From assembly GCA_041740355.1 (NCBI GenBank), contig JBGSMD010000063.1, positions 32,001-96,000 of the forward strand: a stretch of DNA of 64,000 nt, written 5' to 3'. This document shows, one piece after another, positions 19,647-30,212 of the stretch; positions within the stretch are counted from its first letter, which is position 1, and each line of letters starts with the position of its first letter. The notes beneath the pieces are model-generated. The model had not been told where the DNA came from, made no database searches, and saw only the letters and a program-made list of their open reading frames with translations. The position numbers and the translations under genes were made by a program. Source of the stretch: Bdellovibrionota bacterium. Its GTDB lineage: Bacteria; Bdellovibrionota_C; UBA2361; CALJRW01.

Positions 19647-20975
19647 TTGTACTTTGAATCGTCTACAAATAAACAATCAAAATCTCAATTTTACCGTCAG
19701 ATTTTTAAAGTGAAATTTAATAAAGAATCTATTCTCCAACTTATTCGTAAACCTAAGTTTATTTTTGCTAGTATTTTTTTAATAATAGTATTTCTATATT
19801 ATGGATATAGTTCTTCCCCCTCAGTAACTCTATTTAAAACAGCAGAAATCTCACGTGGAAATTTAATAATTTCGGTAAGTGCTACTGGTACTTTAGAGCC
19901 AGAAGAAGTAATTGATGTTGGCGCTCAAGTTGCTGGACAGATTATTAAATTTGGAACAGGCCTTGATGGCAAAACTGTCGACTATGGTTCAATCGTGGAG
20001 GCTGGTGCAGTTTTAGCACAAATTGATGATTCGGTTTATCAAGCAGAAGTCAGCTCGGCCGACGCACAACTAAAAAGAGCTTCGGCCGATCTGCTTCAAG
20101 CACAAGCAAAACAAAAATTATCTGAACAAGAATGGAAGCGGGCGCAGTTACTTGGACCATCTGATGCTTTAAGCAAATCAAGCTACCAAACCTATCAAGC
20201 CAATTTTGAAGTAGCCACAGCCAGTGTCACAGTTGGTGAGGCGGCAATTATTCAAGCTCAGGCAAGCCTGACAAAAGCAGAACGCAATTTAGGATTTACG
20301 ACAATTAAATCCCCAGTTAAGGGAGTAATTATAGATCGTCGTGTAAATATCGGACAAACTGTTGTTTCTAATTTGAATGCCCCAAGTCTTTTCTTACTAG
20401 CGAAAGATCTTAAAAAAATGCAACTCTGGATTGCTGTAAATGAAGCTGATATTGGGAAAATTACTCCTGGTCAGTTGGTTAACTTTACTGTTGATACTTT
20501 TCCCGAAGAACAGTTTGAGGGCATAGTCCGGAAGATTCGTTTAAATGCTAGTATGACTCAAAATGTTGTGACTTATGTTGTGGAAGTAGATACGGACAAT
20601 TCTAGTGGTCAACTCCTACCCTACCTTACTGCAAATGCTCAATTTCAAATTAGTAACCATCAGAATGTATTACTGATACCGAATTCGGCTCTCCGTTGGA
20701 CACCAAGAGAAGAATTAATTGCTTCAAAGTACTTGGAAGAATATTTAGCGTTCAAGAAGGACTCCCAGAGAAAAATTATCTGGACGACCGAGGGTAGTTT
20801 TGTTCGGCCAATTAAAGTGAAGTTTGTAGGTACTGATAATATCATGAGTGAAATTGAAGGAGCAGATCTAACTGAAGGAACAAAAATTGTAACTGGTGAA
20901 GAGATCCAAGATGACTCGATGCAAGCTGCCAGTAAAAATCCTTTTGCTCCACAAATGCCAAGTAGAAAAAGATAA
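19647..20975 (+). CDS. Efflux periplasmic adaptor (MacA-like)
   Basis: SATGTLEP, VGAQVAGQI, IKSPVKGVI, VNEADIGKI; N-terminal TM anchor. Confidence 0.92.
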   Translation: MYFESSTNKQSKSQFYRQIFKVKFNKESILQLIRKPKFIFASIFLIIVFLYYGYSSSPSVTLFKTAEISRGNLIISVSATGTLEPEEVIDVGAQVAGQIIKFGTGLDGKTVDYGSIVEAGAVLAQIDDSVYQAEVSSADAQLKRASADLLQAQAKQKLSEQEWKRAQLLGPSDALSKSSYQTYQANFEVATASVTVGEAAIIQAQASLTKAERNLGFTTIKSPVKGVIIDRRVNIGQTVVSNLNAPSLFLLAKDLKKMQLWIAVNEADIGKITPGQLVNFTVDTFPEEQFEGIVRKIRLNASMTQNVVTYVVEVDTDNSSGQLLPYLTANAQFQISNHQNVLLIPNSALRWTPREELIASKYLEEYLAFKKDSQRKIIWTTEGSFVRPIKVKFVGTDNIMSEIEGADLTEGTKIVTGEEIQDDSMQAASKNPFAPQMPSRKR

Positions 20976-20986
20976 GTTGAGTCGCT

Positions 20987-21670
20987 ATGAGCCTAATTGA
21001 ATTAAAAGATATTCATAAAATCTATCAAATGGGCGAGATTGAGGTTCCGGTCTTAAGAGGATTATCATTAAATATCGATCAAGGTGAAATGGTTGCCTTG
21101 ATGGGCAGTTCGGGCTCTGGAAAAAGCACCTTAATGAATATTTTAGGATGCTTGGATCGGCCAACTTCGGGTAAGTATTGTTTAGATGGTGCAGATATTA
21201 CTGATTACTCCAATGATCAACGGGCTAATTTAAGAAATAAAAAAATTGGCTTTGTGTTTCAGAATTTTAATTTGCTTCCCAGAACAAGTGCTCTGGAAAA
21301 TGTAATTATGCCATTAGCCTACTCCGATGAAGTCATCTCGAAAGAAGAAGAAATTGAGAAAGCAAAAAAAATCCTAATTCGAGTGGGATTAGGCGATCGC
21401 TTAGATCACTACACTTCGCAACTCTCTGGTGGCCAACAACAGCGCGTTGCTATTGCCCGAGCATTGATTAATAACCCTCCGGTGCTATTTGCCGATGAAC
21501 CAACTGGAAACCTCGACTCTAAGACAACAGCTGAAGTTCTCGAAATGTTTAAGGAGCTTCATGAAAAAGACCGAATAACAATCATTATTGTAACTCACGA
21601 AGTAGAAGTCGCCTCACATACTGAAAAAATTATTCGTCTTAAAGATGGTCAAATTGAGGAGCAAGATTAA
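20987..21670 (+). CDS. ABC transporter ATP-binding protein (MacB/LolD type)
   Basis: [32 protein letters not shown]. Confidence 0.95.
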   Translation: MSLIELKDIHKIYQMGEIEVPVLRGLSLNIDQGEMVALMGSSGSGKSTLMNILGCLDRPTSGKYCLDGADITDYSNDQRANLRNKKIGFVFQNFNLLPRTSALENVIMPLAYSDEVISKEEEIEKAKKILIRVGLGDRLDHYTSQLSGGQQQRVAIARALINNPPVLFADEPTGNLDSKTTAEVLEMFKELHEKDRITIIIVTHEVEVASHTEKIIRLKDGQIEEQD

Positions 21671-23034
21671 TGAAGACTGCTCGTTTGCTTTTAACATCGA
21701 TGACGGGATTGCGCCGAAACCTACTTCGAGCAACGCTCACCACATTGGGAATTATGATTGGTGTAGCCGCAGTAATTGCCATGGTTGAGATTGGTCAAGG
21801 GTCAGCCAAGGTTGTGGCAAAAACAATTTCCTCCATGGGTTCTAACACCTTATTAATTATTCCTGGCACTGCGGCGAGTGGTGGTGTTAGCTTTGGAGCT
21901 GGAAGTGTCATGACCCTTACACCTCAGGACGCCGAAGCATTAATTCGCGAAGCAACAACACTTCGCGCTGTCGCACCGATCGTGAGGACCAGAGGACAAG
22001 TTGTTTATGGAAATAAGAACTGGGTTCCCTCTTCTGTCACGGGAACCACTCCAACCTATCTCCAAGTTCAAAACTGGGAAGGATTAACTGCTGGTGAAAT
22101 GTTTACAGAACAAGATGTTCGAAATGCTAGTAAGGTCTGTGTGATTGGCGCAACTATTGTAAAAGAATTATTTGATGGGGAATCTCCCATTGGCAAAGAC
22201 CTTCGGGTACAAAATGTAGCGCTAAAGGTTGTGGGAGTCTTAAGTAGTAAAGGTGCCAACATGATGGGTATGGACCAAGATGATATTATTCTTGCTCCTT
22301 GGACAACAATAAAATCAAGAATCTCAGGAACATCAACAGCCAATACAAGTCAGGCAACAGTATCTACTAATACAGTTAATTCGATTAGCAATCTTTACCC
22401 CTCCACTGGTCTTGCCCTTTATCCGGCTGTTTCTGAAAATCAAACTGCGAATACTCCCTTAACGACAAAGTTAATTAATATTGACCAAATTATGACTTCC
22501 GCAAAATCCGCAGAAGATATTCCTGTCGCAATAGATCAGATTAATGAAATTATTCGCAATCGTCATAATCTGCGGACCGGTGAGGAAAATGATTTTAGTG
22601 TTCGTGATATGAGTCAAATGATTAAAGCTATGACTTCCACTACTGCTCTGATGACAAAACTTCTTCTTTGCGTTGCTATGATTTCATTACTTGTGGGTGG
22701 AGTTGGAATCATGAATATTATGTTGGTTTCAGTAACAGAAAGAACTAGGGAGATTGGCCTAAGGATGGCAGTTGGAGCAAGAGCTAAAGATATTCTTCTG
22801 CAATTTTTAGCAGAGGCAATTGTTCTCTGTTTACTTGGTGGTGCAATTGGAATTGCCTTTGGAAGAATTATTTCTATTTTAATTACGACTTTTCTGCAAT
22901 GGCCAACACAAATGTCCGTGCCAGCAATCCTTGCTGCTGTAATAGTATCAGCTAGCGTTGGGATTATTTTTGGATTTTACCCAGCATGGAAAGCTTCTAA
23001 ATTAGATCCAATTGAGGCTTTAAGATATGAATAG
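21670..23034 (+). CDS. ABC transporter permease (MacB/FtsX type)
   Basis: GGVGIMNIMLVSVTERTREIGLRMAVGA, LDPIEALRYE. Confidence 0.95.
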   Translation: MKTARLLLTSMTGLRRNLLRATLTTLGIMIGVAAVIAMVEIGQGSAKVVAKTISSMGSNTLLIIPGTAASGGVSFGAGSVMTLTPQDAEALIREATTLRAVAPIVRTRGQVVYGNKNWVPSSVTGTTPTYLQVQNWEGLTAGEMFTEQDVRNASKVCVIGATIVKELFDGESPIGKDLRVQNVALKVVGVLSSKGANMMGMDQDDIILAPWTTIKSRISGTSTANTSQATVSTNTVNSISNLYPSTGLALYPAVSENQTANTPLTTKLINIDQIMTSAKSAEDIPVAIDQINEIIRNRHNLRTGEENDFSVRDMSQMIKAMTSTTALMTKLLLCVAMISLLVGGVGIMNIMLVSVTERTREIGLRMAVGARAKDILLQFLAEAIVLCLLGGAIGIAFGRIISILITTFLQWPTQMSVPAILAAVIVSASVGIIFGFYPAWKASKLDPIEALRYE

Positions 23035-24421
23035 ATTGTTATTACTTACTCTGATTTTCATTACCAGTTGTACCGTTGGTCCAAATTTTAAGTTACCAGA
23101 AATTTCTGAGTCTGACACTTGGGCAACAATATCTAACAATCAACTTTCACAAACAAACACGACACTAACTTTTCAACATAATTGGTGGGAAAGTTATCAC
23201 GATCCAATTTTAAGCTCTTTAATTAATCGAGCCAAAGATTCTAATTTAGATCTAAAACAAGCAGTATCTAAAATTAGACAAGCTAGGGCGTCTCGAACAA
23301 CGATAGCTTCCAGTCTTTTCCCAAGTATTAATTCATCAGCAACATTTCAAGAAAGTGATTCTGACTTTAATGCGACTTCTAATAATTCAGGTTTATTCCA
23401 AGCAGGACTAGATGCCTCCTGGGAGTTAGATATTTTTGGAGGGATCCGTCGTAATATTGAATCCGCTGATGCTGAAATTATTGTTCAAGTTGAGAATCGC
23501 AATGACTTGATTGTAACGCTGACTTCCGAAGTAGCACTTAACTATTTAAGCTTAAGAGGCTTTCAACAAGAGCTAGTAATTACAAATCTAAATTTAGCTG
23601 CTCAAAAAAAATCAGTTGATGTTACTGAAAAACTTTTTAATGCTGGATTTACTGGGAAATTAGATTATCTAAATGCTACGGCCCAACTAGCTACAACGGA
23701 GTCACAAGTCCCAAGCCTCGAAGCAAATATTCAAAAAACTATCTACACCCTTAGTGTTTTATTAGGATTAGAACCTGAAGTTTTAAATGCCGAACTTTTA
23801 CCACTTGGCACGATTCCTTCGGTTCCCGCAGAAATCGCAGTGGGACTTCCTTCTGAATTATTGAGACGTCGGCCTGACATTCGACAAGCTGAAGCAAGGC
23901 TTCATTCCGCAACTGCAAAAATTGGAGTAGCTGTTGCCGATCTATTTCCAAAGTTTACTTTAAATGGCTCAATAAATGTTCAGGCAAATTCCGCCTCTAA
24001 TCTAACGGCTGGAGATAATAGCTTTTGGTCTTTTGGGCCAGGAGTAAGTCTCCCTATTTTTAATGCTGGAAAATTAAGAGCAAATGTAAAAATTCAAGAA
24101 GAAATACAAGAACAAGCTTTAATTGAATATGAAAAAACTATTTTAAAAGCTCTTAAAGAAACTAATAGTGCATTAGTTGATTATCAACGAGAACAAGAGA
24201 GTCGTCTTACCTTGGAACAAGCAGTCAACGCTAATTTACAAGCAGTGGAGATAGCACAAGAACTCTATCGAACTGGACAAACCGATTTTCTAAACGTGCT
24301 TGTTACACAGAGATCACTATACTCTACGCAATCAGCTTTGATTCAAAGCACCAGGACCATTGCAACAAATTTAGTAGCTATTTATAAAGCCCTCGGTGGT
24401 GGCTGGGAAACGGGGAAATAA
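23027..24421 (+). CDS. Outer membrane efflux lipoprotein (NodT/OprM/TolC family)
   Basis: Lipobox ITSC, SWELDIFG, LLRRRPDI, YKALGGGW. Confidence 0.95.
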   Translation: MNRLLLLTLIFITSCTVGPNFKLPEISESDTWATISNNQLSQTNTTLTFQHNWWESYHDPILSSLINRAKDSNLDLKQAVSKIRQARASRTTIASSLFPSINSSATFQESDSDFNATSNNSGLFQAGLDASWELDIFGGIRRNIESADAEIIVQVENRNDLIVTLTSEVALNYLSLRGFQQELVITNLNLAAQKKSVDVTEKLFNAGFTGKLDYLNATAQLATTESQVPSLEANIQKTIYTLSVLLGLEPEVLNAELLPLGTIPSVPAEIAVGLPSELLRRRPDIRQAEARLHSATAKIGVAVADLFPKFTLNGSINVQANSASNLTAGDNSFWSFGPGVSLPIFNAGKLRANVKIQEEIQEQALIEYEKTILKALKETNSALVDYQREQESRLTLEQAVNANLQAVEIAQELYRTGQTDFLNVLVTQRSLYSTQSALIQSTRTIATNLVAIYKALGGGWETGK

Positions 24422-24491
24422 TTTTCTTTCCTTTTTGAATCTGAGGAAATAAACTACATTTTTTGCCTAGCTAACAAAGATTAAATTAAAA

Positions 24492-25463
24492 TTAATCTCT
24501 GGAAACAGAAATTACATTTCGTGGTAAATACTTAGATGTCCAAGAACGTGTGATCGGACTTCCGGCTGGACCTTCCGTCACTTCTAAAGTTATTTCAATA
24601 GCTCTTATTTCCTGCCATTGTTGACTAGACGTAAATGACGAGAAGATTGTTCCATCTTGCATCTCAACTCGAACCTGAAAATCGGTGATATTATTAGCAA
24701 TATTCATAAAGAAACTAGGGTCATTGGAATCCACTAACTGTAAGATGTTAGTTGTAGTATCGAGCTGAATTCTCCATTCTTCCAATAGGTAAACAGAAGC
24801 ATTAGCAGCTGAAAAATTATGTTGCCAGTTTCCACTACTGGCAGTCTTGAAAATACGGTATTGGTTGACCCCGGCAGATACTGACAAATTTTCTACGCTT
24901 TCAAAAGTTAAATATTCGCCAACAAGACTAGATGCGTCGAAAATATAGGCTTTTGCTTCTCCACTATCTTCGCCGGCTAAGTATGCCCCCCAAACATTAA
25001 AGTTATTGGCATTGACACTATGACCACAAGCCCCTGGCAATGGGGTCAGATTAGTGCTGACGTAAGAAAAGAATAAATTTCGGTCGGCACTAGTAGCTGT
25101 TAAATTTTGACATAATAATAAAACTTCTTCTAATAAATTTCTTCTTAAAGTTAAAACGTCTGGTGCTCCGCTAGCACCATTTTGTAATAGGAGTGCTGGG
25201 AAAACTGCTGGTAAATTTGCACCTAACAAACGTACCTCCGACGAAATCACGTCGAAAACTCCGCGTAATTCCTGATTGGCCCGAACATTCACTACGTCTT
25301 TGGCGTAAAGCTTTTTGAATGAAATAATTGAAGACAAAACTATCGAGCTGACCACTACTAAGATCGAGGTTGAAACTAAAATCTCGACTAAAGTCATCCC
25401 TTTAATTGAGTTTCGTGAGCACGCTTTCCACTTCATAAACTTCTTTACTATCATAAGTGACAA
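24492..25463 (-). CDS. Type IV minor pilin (PilW-like)
   Basis: Prepilin motif KG|MTLVEILV; start probably 25436. Confidence 0.85.
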   Translation of the reverse strand: MSLMIVKKFMKWKACSRNSIKGMTLVEILVSTSILVVVSSIVLSSIISFKKLYAKDVVNVRANQELRGVFDVISSEVRLLGANLPAVFPALLLQNGASGAPDVLTLRRNLLEEVLLLCQNLTATSADRNLFFSYVSTNLTPLPGACGHSVNANNFNVWGAYLAGEDSGEAKAYIFDASSLVGEYLTFESVENLSVSAGVNQYRIFKTASSGNWQHNFSAANASVYLLEEWRIQLDTTTNILQLVDSNDPSFFMNIANNITDFQVRVEMQDGTIFSSFTSSQQWQEIRAIEITLEVTEGPAGSPITRSWTSKYLPRNVISVSRD

Positions 25464-25827
25464 CTACTTTTAAATGTCTTGTTTCGCTAGTTGCTGTTGG
25501 AGGGCAATATGTCATATTACTACAATAAGTTACCACAACTTGATAAGTCCTAGCACCAAAAGTGATATTGATCGGTGCGTTAGAGGTAACAGTTGAAGGC
25601 ATAGTTGTTGTATTCTCCAATCTCATTTGGTCAAAAACTTGTTGTGCCGCAATCTGAGCTTCTGATTTAATTTCACCCAGTCTTAACATACTATTTGCTT
25701 GCATTACAGAAGTACTAAAAGTTGCCGAAACAATTCCAATAATTATTAAAGCAACCAATACTTCAATTAAGCTAAATCCTGAAGCACTGTTAAAATTTCT
25801 CCCTAAAAACTTTTGTTTTAAATTCAT
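25402..25827 (-). CDS. Type IV minor pilin (PilV-like)
   Basis: SG|FSLIEVLVAL. Confidence 0.88.
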   Translation of the reverse strand: MNLKQKFLGRNFNSASGFSLIEVLVALIIIGIVSATFSTSVMQANSMLRLGEIKSEAQIAAQQVFDQMRLENTTTMPSTVTSNAPINITFGARTYQVVVTYCSNMTYCPPTATSETRHLKVVVTYDSKEVYEVESVLTKLN

Positions 25828-25860
25828 AACAATTAATTAATTACGTTTAGGGCTGCTTCG

Positions 25861-26316
25861 TTATGAGGCAGAAATTCCTCCACCTAGAAAGATTTCAATC
25901 TTCTTAGTAAGTCCAGTCGTATCAGTAATATAAAATTCTTCATTATTTGGAAAACCACGAGAGTCAATACAAACTGACCAAGTGGTCGTGGTAAAAGTTG
26001 CCCCCACTGGTAAATCAAAGGTTAAACGTTGATCGTCGACCCAAGCATCTGCGGAATCACATGATTTGCGATAACTAGCAACAACCTGCGAATTACCGTT
26101 GGGAATAAGTTGATAAGCTACTAAATTAGCAATTGATTTAGCCTTAGCTAATTTATAAACACTAAGGACTTGATCCGTTGCAGATTGAGTTGGGGATACT
26201 AAATCTTTTAAATTCAAAACAGCGATCAACGATAAAATTCCAACTAGAGACATTACTACAAGAAGCTCGGCTACAGAAAATGCTTTAACTTGTAAAAATC
26301 TATCTAACATACTCAT
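25861..26316 (-). CDS. Type IV minor pilin (FimT/GspH-like)
   Basis: KA|FSVAELLVV; C-terminal IDSRG...IEIFLGG. Confidence 0.82.
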   Translation of the reverse strand: MSMLDRFLQVKAFSVAELLVVMSLVGILSLIAVLNLKDLVSPTQSATDQVLSVYKLAKAKSIANLVAYQLIPNGNSQVVASYRKSCDSADAWVDDQRLTFDLPVGATFTTTTWSVCIDSRGFPNNEEFYITDTTGLTKKIEIFLGGGISAS

Positions 26317-26318
26317 TT

Positions 26319-26345
26319 ATATCGGCCTAAAGCAGGATAACTTTA
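26319..26345 (-). promoter_or_regulatory. Sigma-28 (FliA)-like promoter
   Basis: Minus strand TAAAGTTA-N11-GCCGATAT, near consensus. Confidence 0.7.
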
Positions 26346-26531
26346 ATTTTTAGCCCTTAAGTGCGAAAACCACCTCGAACGTACTTTTTAAAAAATTACT
26401 TGGAATTACAATCAATTAAGATACTCTATAGTATGTTTTATTTGCTAAAAATAGCTTATTTTTCGCATACTCATACTAATTTAATCAACTTCATGATTTT
26501 TATCCAGAGAACGGGTGTCATTTGAGCGAAA

Positions 26532-27602
26532 CTAACCTTTTCCAGCAAGCGTACCACAGGCAGCACTAATATCAGCACCTCCCGAGTATCTTCTAACCAC
26601 AGGCTGTTTTAAGTAAATATTCAGAGAATCTCGAAATACATTCATTTCTTCCTCAGTTGGTCTCTGGTAACGATTTGTAGCATCCGTTACTTCAATTAAA
26701 TCCAATCTAACTTGGGTGTCACCAATTAACTCCCCCAAAGCTTTTGCATCCTCCTCGTAAATGTTTTCACCACTAATGCAGACATATGCGAGCATAATTC
26801 TTTCCTTACGCTTCAGGGAATAACGTCTAGCCGCCGCAATAATTTCTTTAATTGGTGTTCTTGCCGCAACTGGTACTAAGCGCTGGCGCTTTTCATCCGT
26901 TGATGCACCGATACTAATTGACAGTCGAAATGGTCGCTCTTCGTCTATAAAGCGATTAATCTTATCTAACACTCCAACAGTACTTATTGTGATCGCCTTG
27001 GAACTAATTGCATTTAGTACTGGATAGCAAAGTAGTTCAGCCGAACGGAGAACATTTTCATAATTTAAAAATGGCTCACCCATTCCCATAAATACAGCTC
27101 CCGTGACAGTGCGTCCAGAAGCTTCGGCAATCTTTCGTGCTTGTTGCAGTTGATCTACTATTTCCCAACTTTTTAAGTTTCGTTGTTTTGGCATTCTTGC
27201 CGTTGCACAGAATGTACAAGCCATAACACAACCAACTTGCGAGGAAAGACAAACAGTAACGGAATTTTCTTTATGTAATGGAATAATTACTGTTTCCACG
27301 TTTAGGTCATCAGTAGTCTTAAAAAGTAGTTTTTGAAAACCATCAAGCTCAGAGGTAACTATCTTCACTAATTGCAATGATGGTAATTTTTCTAACTCAG
27401 AGGCTCGCTGATTACTTATGATTCCAACCTTCGCCCATTCTTGGGGATCTAAATGATACCTACCAAGCACCGCGCCCAATAAACGTGCCCCATTTTTTTG
27501 ATTAATACCAAATTTTTCTAAATTTTCTAAAAAAATCTTAGGTGCGTAGTCACGAGGATCTAATAAGTTAGGATTATTATTAATTTTTAAAGCAGAAGAC
27601 AT
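26532..27602 (-). CDS. rlmN: RlmN/Cfr-family radical SAM RNA methyltransferase
   Basis: CLSSQVGCVMACTFCAT, FMGMGEP, ISTVG, DISAACG; divergent N-terminus, may be a paralogue. Confidence 0.8.
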   Translation of the reverse strand: MSSALKINNNPNLLDPRDYAPKIFLENLEKFGINQKNGARLLGAVLGRYHLDPQEWAKVGIISNQRASELEKLPSLQLVKIVTSELDGFQKLLFKTTDDLNVETVIIPLHKENSVTVCLSSQVGCVMACTFCATARMPKQRNLKSWEIVDQLQQARKIAEASGRTVTGAVFMGMGEPFLNYENVLRSAELLCYPVLNAISSKAITISTVGVLDKINRFIDEERPFRLSISIGASTDEKRQRLVPVAARTPIKEIIAAARRYSLKRKERIMLAYVCISGENIYEEDAKALGELIGDTQVRLDLIEVTDATNRYQRPTEEEMNVFRDSLNIYLKQPVVRRYSGGADISAACGTLAGKG

Positions 27603-27788
27603 AATTAATACTGAACAACTTCGATGAATTGATTAGCGCGACTTTGAATTTGTACTAGTCACTATTGATTGCAAATATTAAATTATAGGAACTTAGAGTT
27701 ACTGGCAAGCAAAGGGTGAACTTGAGTAAAATAAAAAACTTGGTATCCTCTGACAAGAGAGTTAATTTTGTTGTAAGTTGTTTGATTA

Positions 27789-29468
27789 ATGCCAAGTCCA
27801 GTTCCAAATAGTGGTTCCCCTGAAGATCGAGGCACAAACTCGGCTGAACCTACTAAGATCGAAACAAAAGAGATACAGCTTTATCCAACAGTCGTTAAGT
27901 TACAGATTCCGACAAATATTTTTGAAGCTAGTGCTTGGGGCAATATCGCTATTAATCACTTCAATTATGATACGACTGCCTGTGAGCTAATTCACAGAGC
28001 CGAAAGTCAATTGCCGGCACTGACAGAACTTGGTGAGCATTTTTATGAAGTAATTAACCGATCAACTTACCAATTAAACAATATTAACGACAAAGAATGG
28101 TTGCGTTTTTTAGCTGCTGGACCAAACACGTTATTAACAAATACCTCCAATCAAGATACTGTTAATCCTGTAGATGTTGCTTACGCAAATATATTATTCT
28201 CTGCTAGTTGTCTTTGCAAAGCAGACGCTGTCCAAGACCATAGCTCTAATATTTACCAACGTTGGCGAGAAGCTGGTTTTGTTACCTGTGCTCATGCCAT
28301 TATTCAACTACACGAGTCTGTGAGATTTGATTCGATAGTGGGCCCAATGCCTGTAGTACAACTGAAAGAGAAGTTATTGGCTTTAGAAAGTGAGCACCCT
28401 GGTAGATCGCTGCGCTTAGAGCGCGCGGTAGATGAACTGATTCAAAGTTTTGACACGAGTACTGACCACCTTGCTAATATTATCAAGGAGCATGGTACTA
28501 TTGGGGATAAAATCTTCTCACTATCATCAGAGACAGTTACAAAAAACTTTGAAATTACTCGTCAGAACCACCAAATTTTTGGAACACTACAAGATCAAAT
28601 TAGGGCTCAAACTACTCGGGACTCTTGGATTAATGCCGATGATCATCTGCCAAAGCTTGTGAATGCTGAAGGTGGACATTTATCATGTTTCCCTGATGCC
28701 ATCTTTCGAAGTGAGCACTTAAGAAAAGCCGCAATTGGGATGATTTGTGAAATCAATAAACAAGCAGATCAGATTATTTTGATGGGGACACGTTGGGTAG
28801 ATCCGCTAGTTAAATCTGATTTGCAAAAACGCTCCGCTCAGGATCTTGTTAATTTGATCCATTACTGGTTGGAAGATACAGATCCTAACATTACCTTAAA
28901 ATCACTCATGAACTTAACAGCAGAATCTGAATTGCTTAACGGTGTCTATACTTTTTTTAAACATTTAAAAAATAGTCATGCTAATTCTCGCGCCTCTCTC
29001 CAATTAAATATCAATCCAGATCTTACTAATCATTTTGACAAGGAAAAAGTTGTAATTATTGGTGATAATGAATGGACTAGTTTTTTTCATAATAATAAAT
29101 ATGTTTCGATTTATTTAACAAACACCAGTGCCGAAAATAAACTTGATTTCTCTCGTCCTATTAGCGAGAACTCTGGTGTTAGTTATGTTAAAGCTGCAGT
29201 TTATAATGTGGCAAATGAACCCGATCGGGGCTGTGGTGCCTGGAAAAGTTGCTATGTTTCTGGACCTGGACTTCATCAAGTAATTTCATCTGTTAAGTGG
29301 GAAAATTTTACCGAACAATTCCATCATTTTACACGCACAGGATCAATTCAAAAGGACCAGCCACATTCTGATCGCCTTCACAATCATTACGTTTTTATCC
29401 ATCATCATGAACCTGAACGGAAAAGAGTAGCCCGAATGCAACCTAAAAATCGCTTTGTAAACACCTAA
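27789..29468 (+). CDS. Hypothetical protein
   Basis: 559-aa ORF with Pro/Ser-rich N-terminus; no recognised family. Confidence 0.7.
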   Translation: MPSPVPNSGSPEDRGTNSAEPTKIETKEIQLYPTVVKLQIPTNIFEASAWGNIAINHFNYDTTACELIHRAESQLPALTELGEHFYEVINRSTYQLNNINDKEWLRFLAAGPNTLLTNTSNQDTVNPVDVAYANILFSASCLCKADAVQDHSSNIYQRWREAGFVTCAHAIIQLHESVRFDSIVGPMPVVQLKEKLLALESEHPGRSLRLERAVDELIQSFDTSTDHLANIIKEHGTIGDKIFSLSSETVTKNFEITRQNHQIFGTLQDQIRAQTTRDSWINADDHLPKLVNAEGGHLSCFPDAIFRSEHLRKAAIGMICEINKQADQIILMGTRWVDPLVKSDLQKRSAQDLVNLIHYWLEDTDPNITLKSLMNLTAESELLNGVYTFFKHLKNSHANSRASLQLNINPDLTNHFDKEKVVIIGDNEWTSFFHNNKYVSIYLTNTSAENKLDFSRPISENSGVSYVKAAVYNVANEPDRGCGAWKSCYVSGPGLHQVISSVKWENFTEQFHHFTRTGSIQKDQPHSDRLHNHYVFIHHHEPERKRVARMQPKNRFVNT

Positions 29469-29629
29469 CTGTTAATTAACAATATTTTAACCTAGTCCCT
29501 TAAGGGTAGCTTTAAGCCCTTTCACCATTGTACTAAACGAAATTAAAAACTAACTCTCAATGTCGTCTAGTATTTGGATGTCGATCGGGCTATTTTGAAA
29601 AACAACTCTAGATCGGATAAAGTCCTCTC

Positions 29630-30163
29630 GTGCCCAATCATAAGCTCCATCGTAATTTTAATATTATCCTGCTCTGTCCGATCGTGGTTGCTTGTCTTTA
29701 TTATTACCTACAGATTGATCTTCGGATGCTTGGAATACTAACACTTGCCTTTATCTATGCTACTTTTTTTGCGCACCCGGACTTGGACTTAGCGAACCAA
29801 ATTAAGCTTTTTTCTTTCACTGGAATATTTACCCTACCATTTAGGATTTTTTATGCTCCCTTCATTAAGCACCGTAGCAAAATCAGTCATAGTCTCCTCT
29901 GGGGAACTCCCAGCAGAATACTTGCTCTAGTACTTTTTGCTCTTCTAATAACTTTTCTCTATCTCTGCTATCAGAAACTTGGCTCTACTGGTCTTCATAA
30001 AAACGACTTGGCAACAATCTGGCAAAAGGTATTAATCATTGCCAAAGTCGCTGGTGTAAGTTCTTGGCAGCTGGCTATTCAACATCAAACTGAAATTTTC
30101 TTTGCTATAGCTGGGTTTTATTTAGCAGATCTAGGGCACTTGCTACTCGATAAATTACGATAG
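29630..30163 (+). CDS. DUF2227-like putative metal-binding membrane protein
   Basis: N-terminal H..H, PDLD, HRSKISHSLLWG, GHLLLD. Confidence 0.75.
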   Translation: MPNHKLHRNFNIILLCPIVVACLYYYLQIDLRMLGILTLAFIYATFFAHPDLDLANQIKLFSFTGIFTLPFRIFYAPFIKHRSKISHSLLWGTPSRILALVLFALLITFLYLCYQKLGSTGLHKNDLATIWQKVLIIAKVAGVSSWQLAIQHQTEIFFAIAGFYLADLGHLLLDKLR

Positions 30164-30212
30164 TCAAAAAAAGATCTAGGAGATTCCAAAAAATAATGAT
30201 ACTTATATCAGA

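Noticed and set aside
29545-29572. Second ECF promoter sharing gtcgtctagta with 31203-31213
   Set aside because: No AAC -35 element at the matching 16-17 nt spacing.
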